Assembly (NCBI GenBank): GCA_028534125.1
Contig: CM052817.1
Span: 43,712,001-43,776,000, forward strand
Source of the DNA: Lama glama
Taxonomy: Eukaryota
Reading direction: 5' to 3'
DNA length: 64,000 nucleotides
Positions 63,626 to 64,000 of the stretch are shown piece by piece. Position numbers and translations under genes: made by a program. Each line of letters begins with the position of its first letter. Position 1 is the stretch's first letter. The notes beneath the pieces were generated by a model. It had not been told where the DNA came from, searched no databases, and saw nothing but the letters and a program-made list of their open reading frames with translations.

Positions 63626-63699
63626 ACCAGTAGAGAGTGATATCCTAAATTCTGTCTCCCTCATTAATGGGATTTTTACTCTTCAAAAATTACTGGACA

Positions 63700-64000
63700 A
63701 TGTCACACTCAGAAAAATGGTGAAAATGAAAAAGATAAACCAATTATTGGCGAGGATATGATTTAGTTGGAATTCTTATATATACTGTTGGAAGTTATAT
63801 TGGTACAACTACTTCAGAAAATTGCAAAGCATTATCTACTAAATATGAACATATACCTAACATGATCCAGCAGTTTCACTCTTAGGTGTGTATCTAACAG
63901 AATGCATATATATGTTCACCAAAAGAAATGAAAAAGAATGTTAATAAGTAACATTACTTGTAATAGCCCTAAAACTTCACCAGAAGACATGTATAAGAAT
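63700..64000 (+). mobile_element. Old L1ME-like ORF2 end/3'UTR fragment (runs off the window)
   Basis: TATTGGCGAGGATATG..GGTACAACTACTTCAGAAAA..ATGATCCAGCAGTTTCACTCTTAGGTGTGTATC. Confidence 0.8.

Noticed and set aside
1..64000. Recurring motif CTGTACACCAGAAATTGACAC (and variants) at several sites, considered as a dispersed array or novel system
   Set aside because: It is the 3' end of independent L1 copies with their own TSDs. There is no regular repeat-spacer structure, operon, tRNA/rRNA gene or CpG island in the window.

Overview
AT-rich mammalian genomic DNA, probably camelid (alpaca/camel/llama). That call rests on a tRNA-derived SINE tail of the camelid type (reverse complement ...AGTACCTCCATTAAAA...CCTAATTACCTC-polyA) and on the young L1 3' ends. 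More than half of the window is interspersed repeat: young L1 insertions with clear target-site duplications (TSDs), old L1M fragments, MaLR (MLT1) and ERV-L LTR and internal remnants, MIR, L2, and hAT/Tigger DNA-transposon relics. There is one 500-N assembly gap. I see no recognisable intact protein-coding gene, RNA gene, CpG island or CRISPR-like array; the ORFs I can identify are L1 or ERV-L remnants, and the rest look like chance frames. I found no convincing novel biological system. The best leads are a probable full-length young L1 hidden in the gap, a template-switch scar carrying a 26-bp copy of nearby sequence, a ~150-bp imperfect palindrome, a GC-rich polyadenylated retrocopy, a short polyA-tailed copy of the L1 5' end, a twin-primed L1, and several isolated exon-like splice-signal cassettes. 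Repeat family names come from my recall of consensus sequences, not from a search, so subfamily calls and boundaries without TSDs are approximate.
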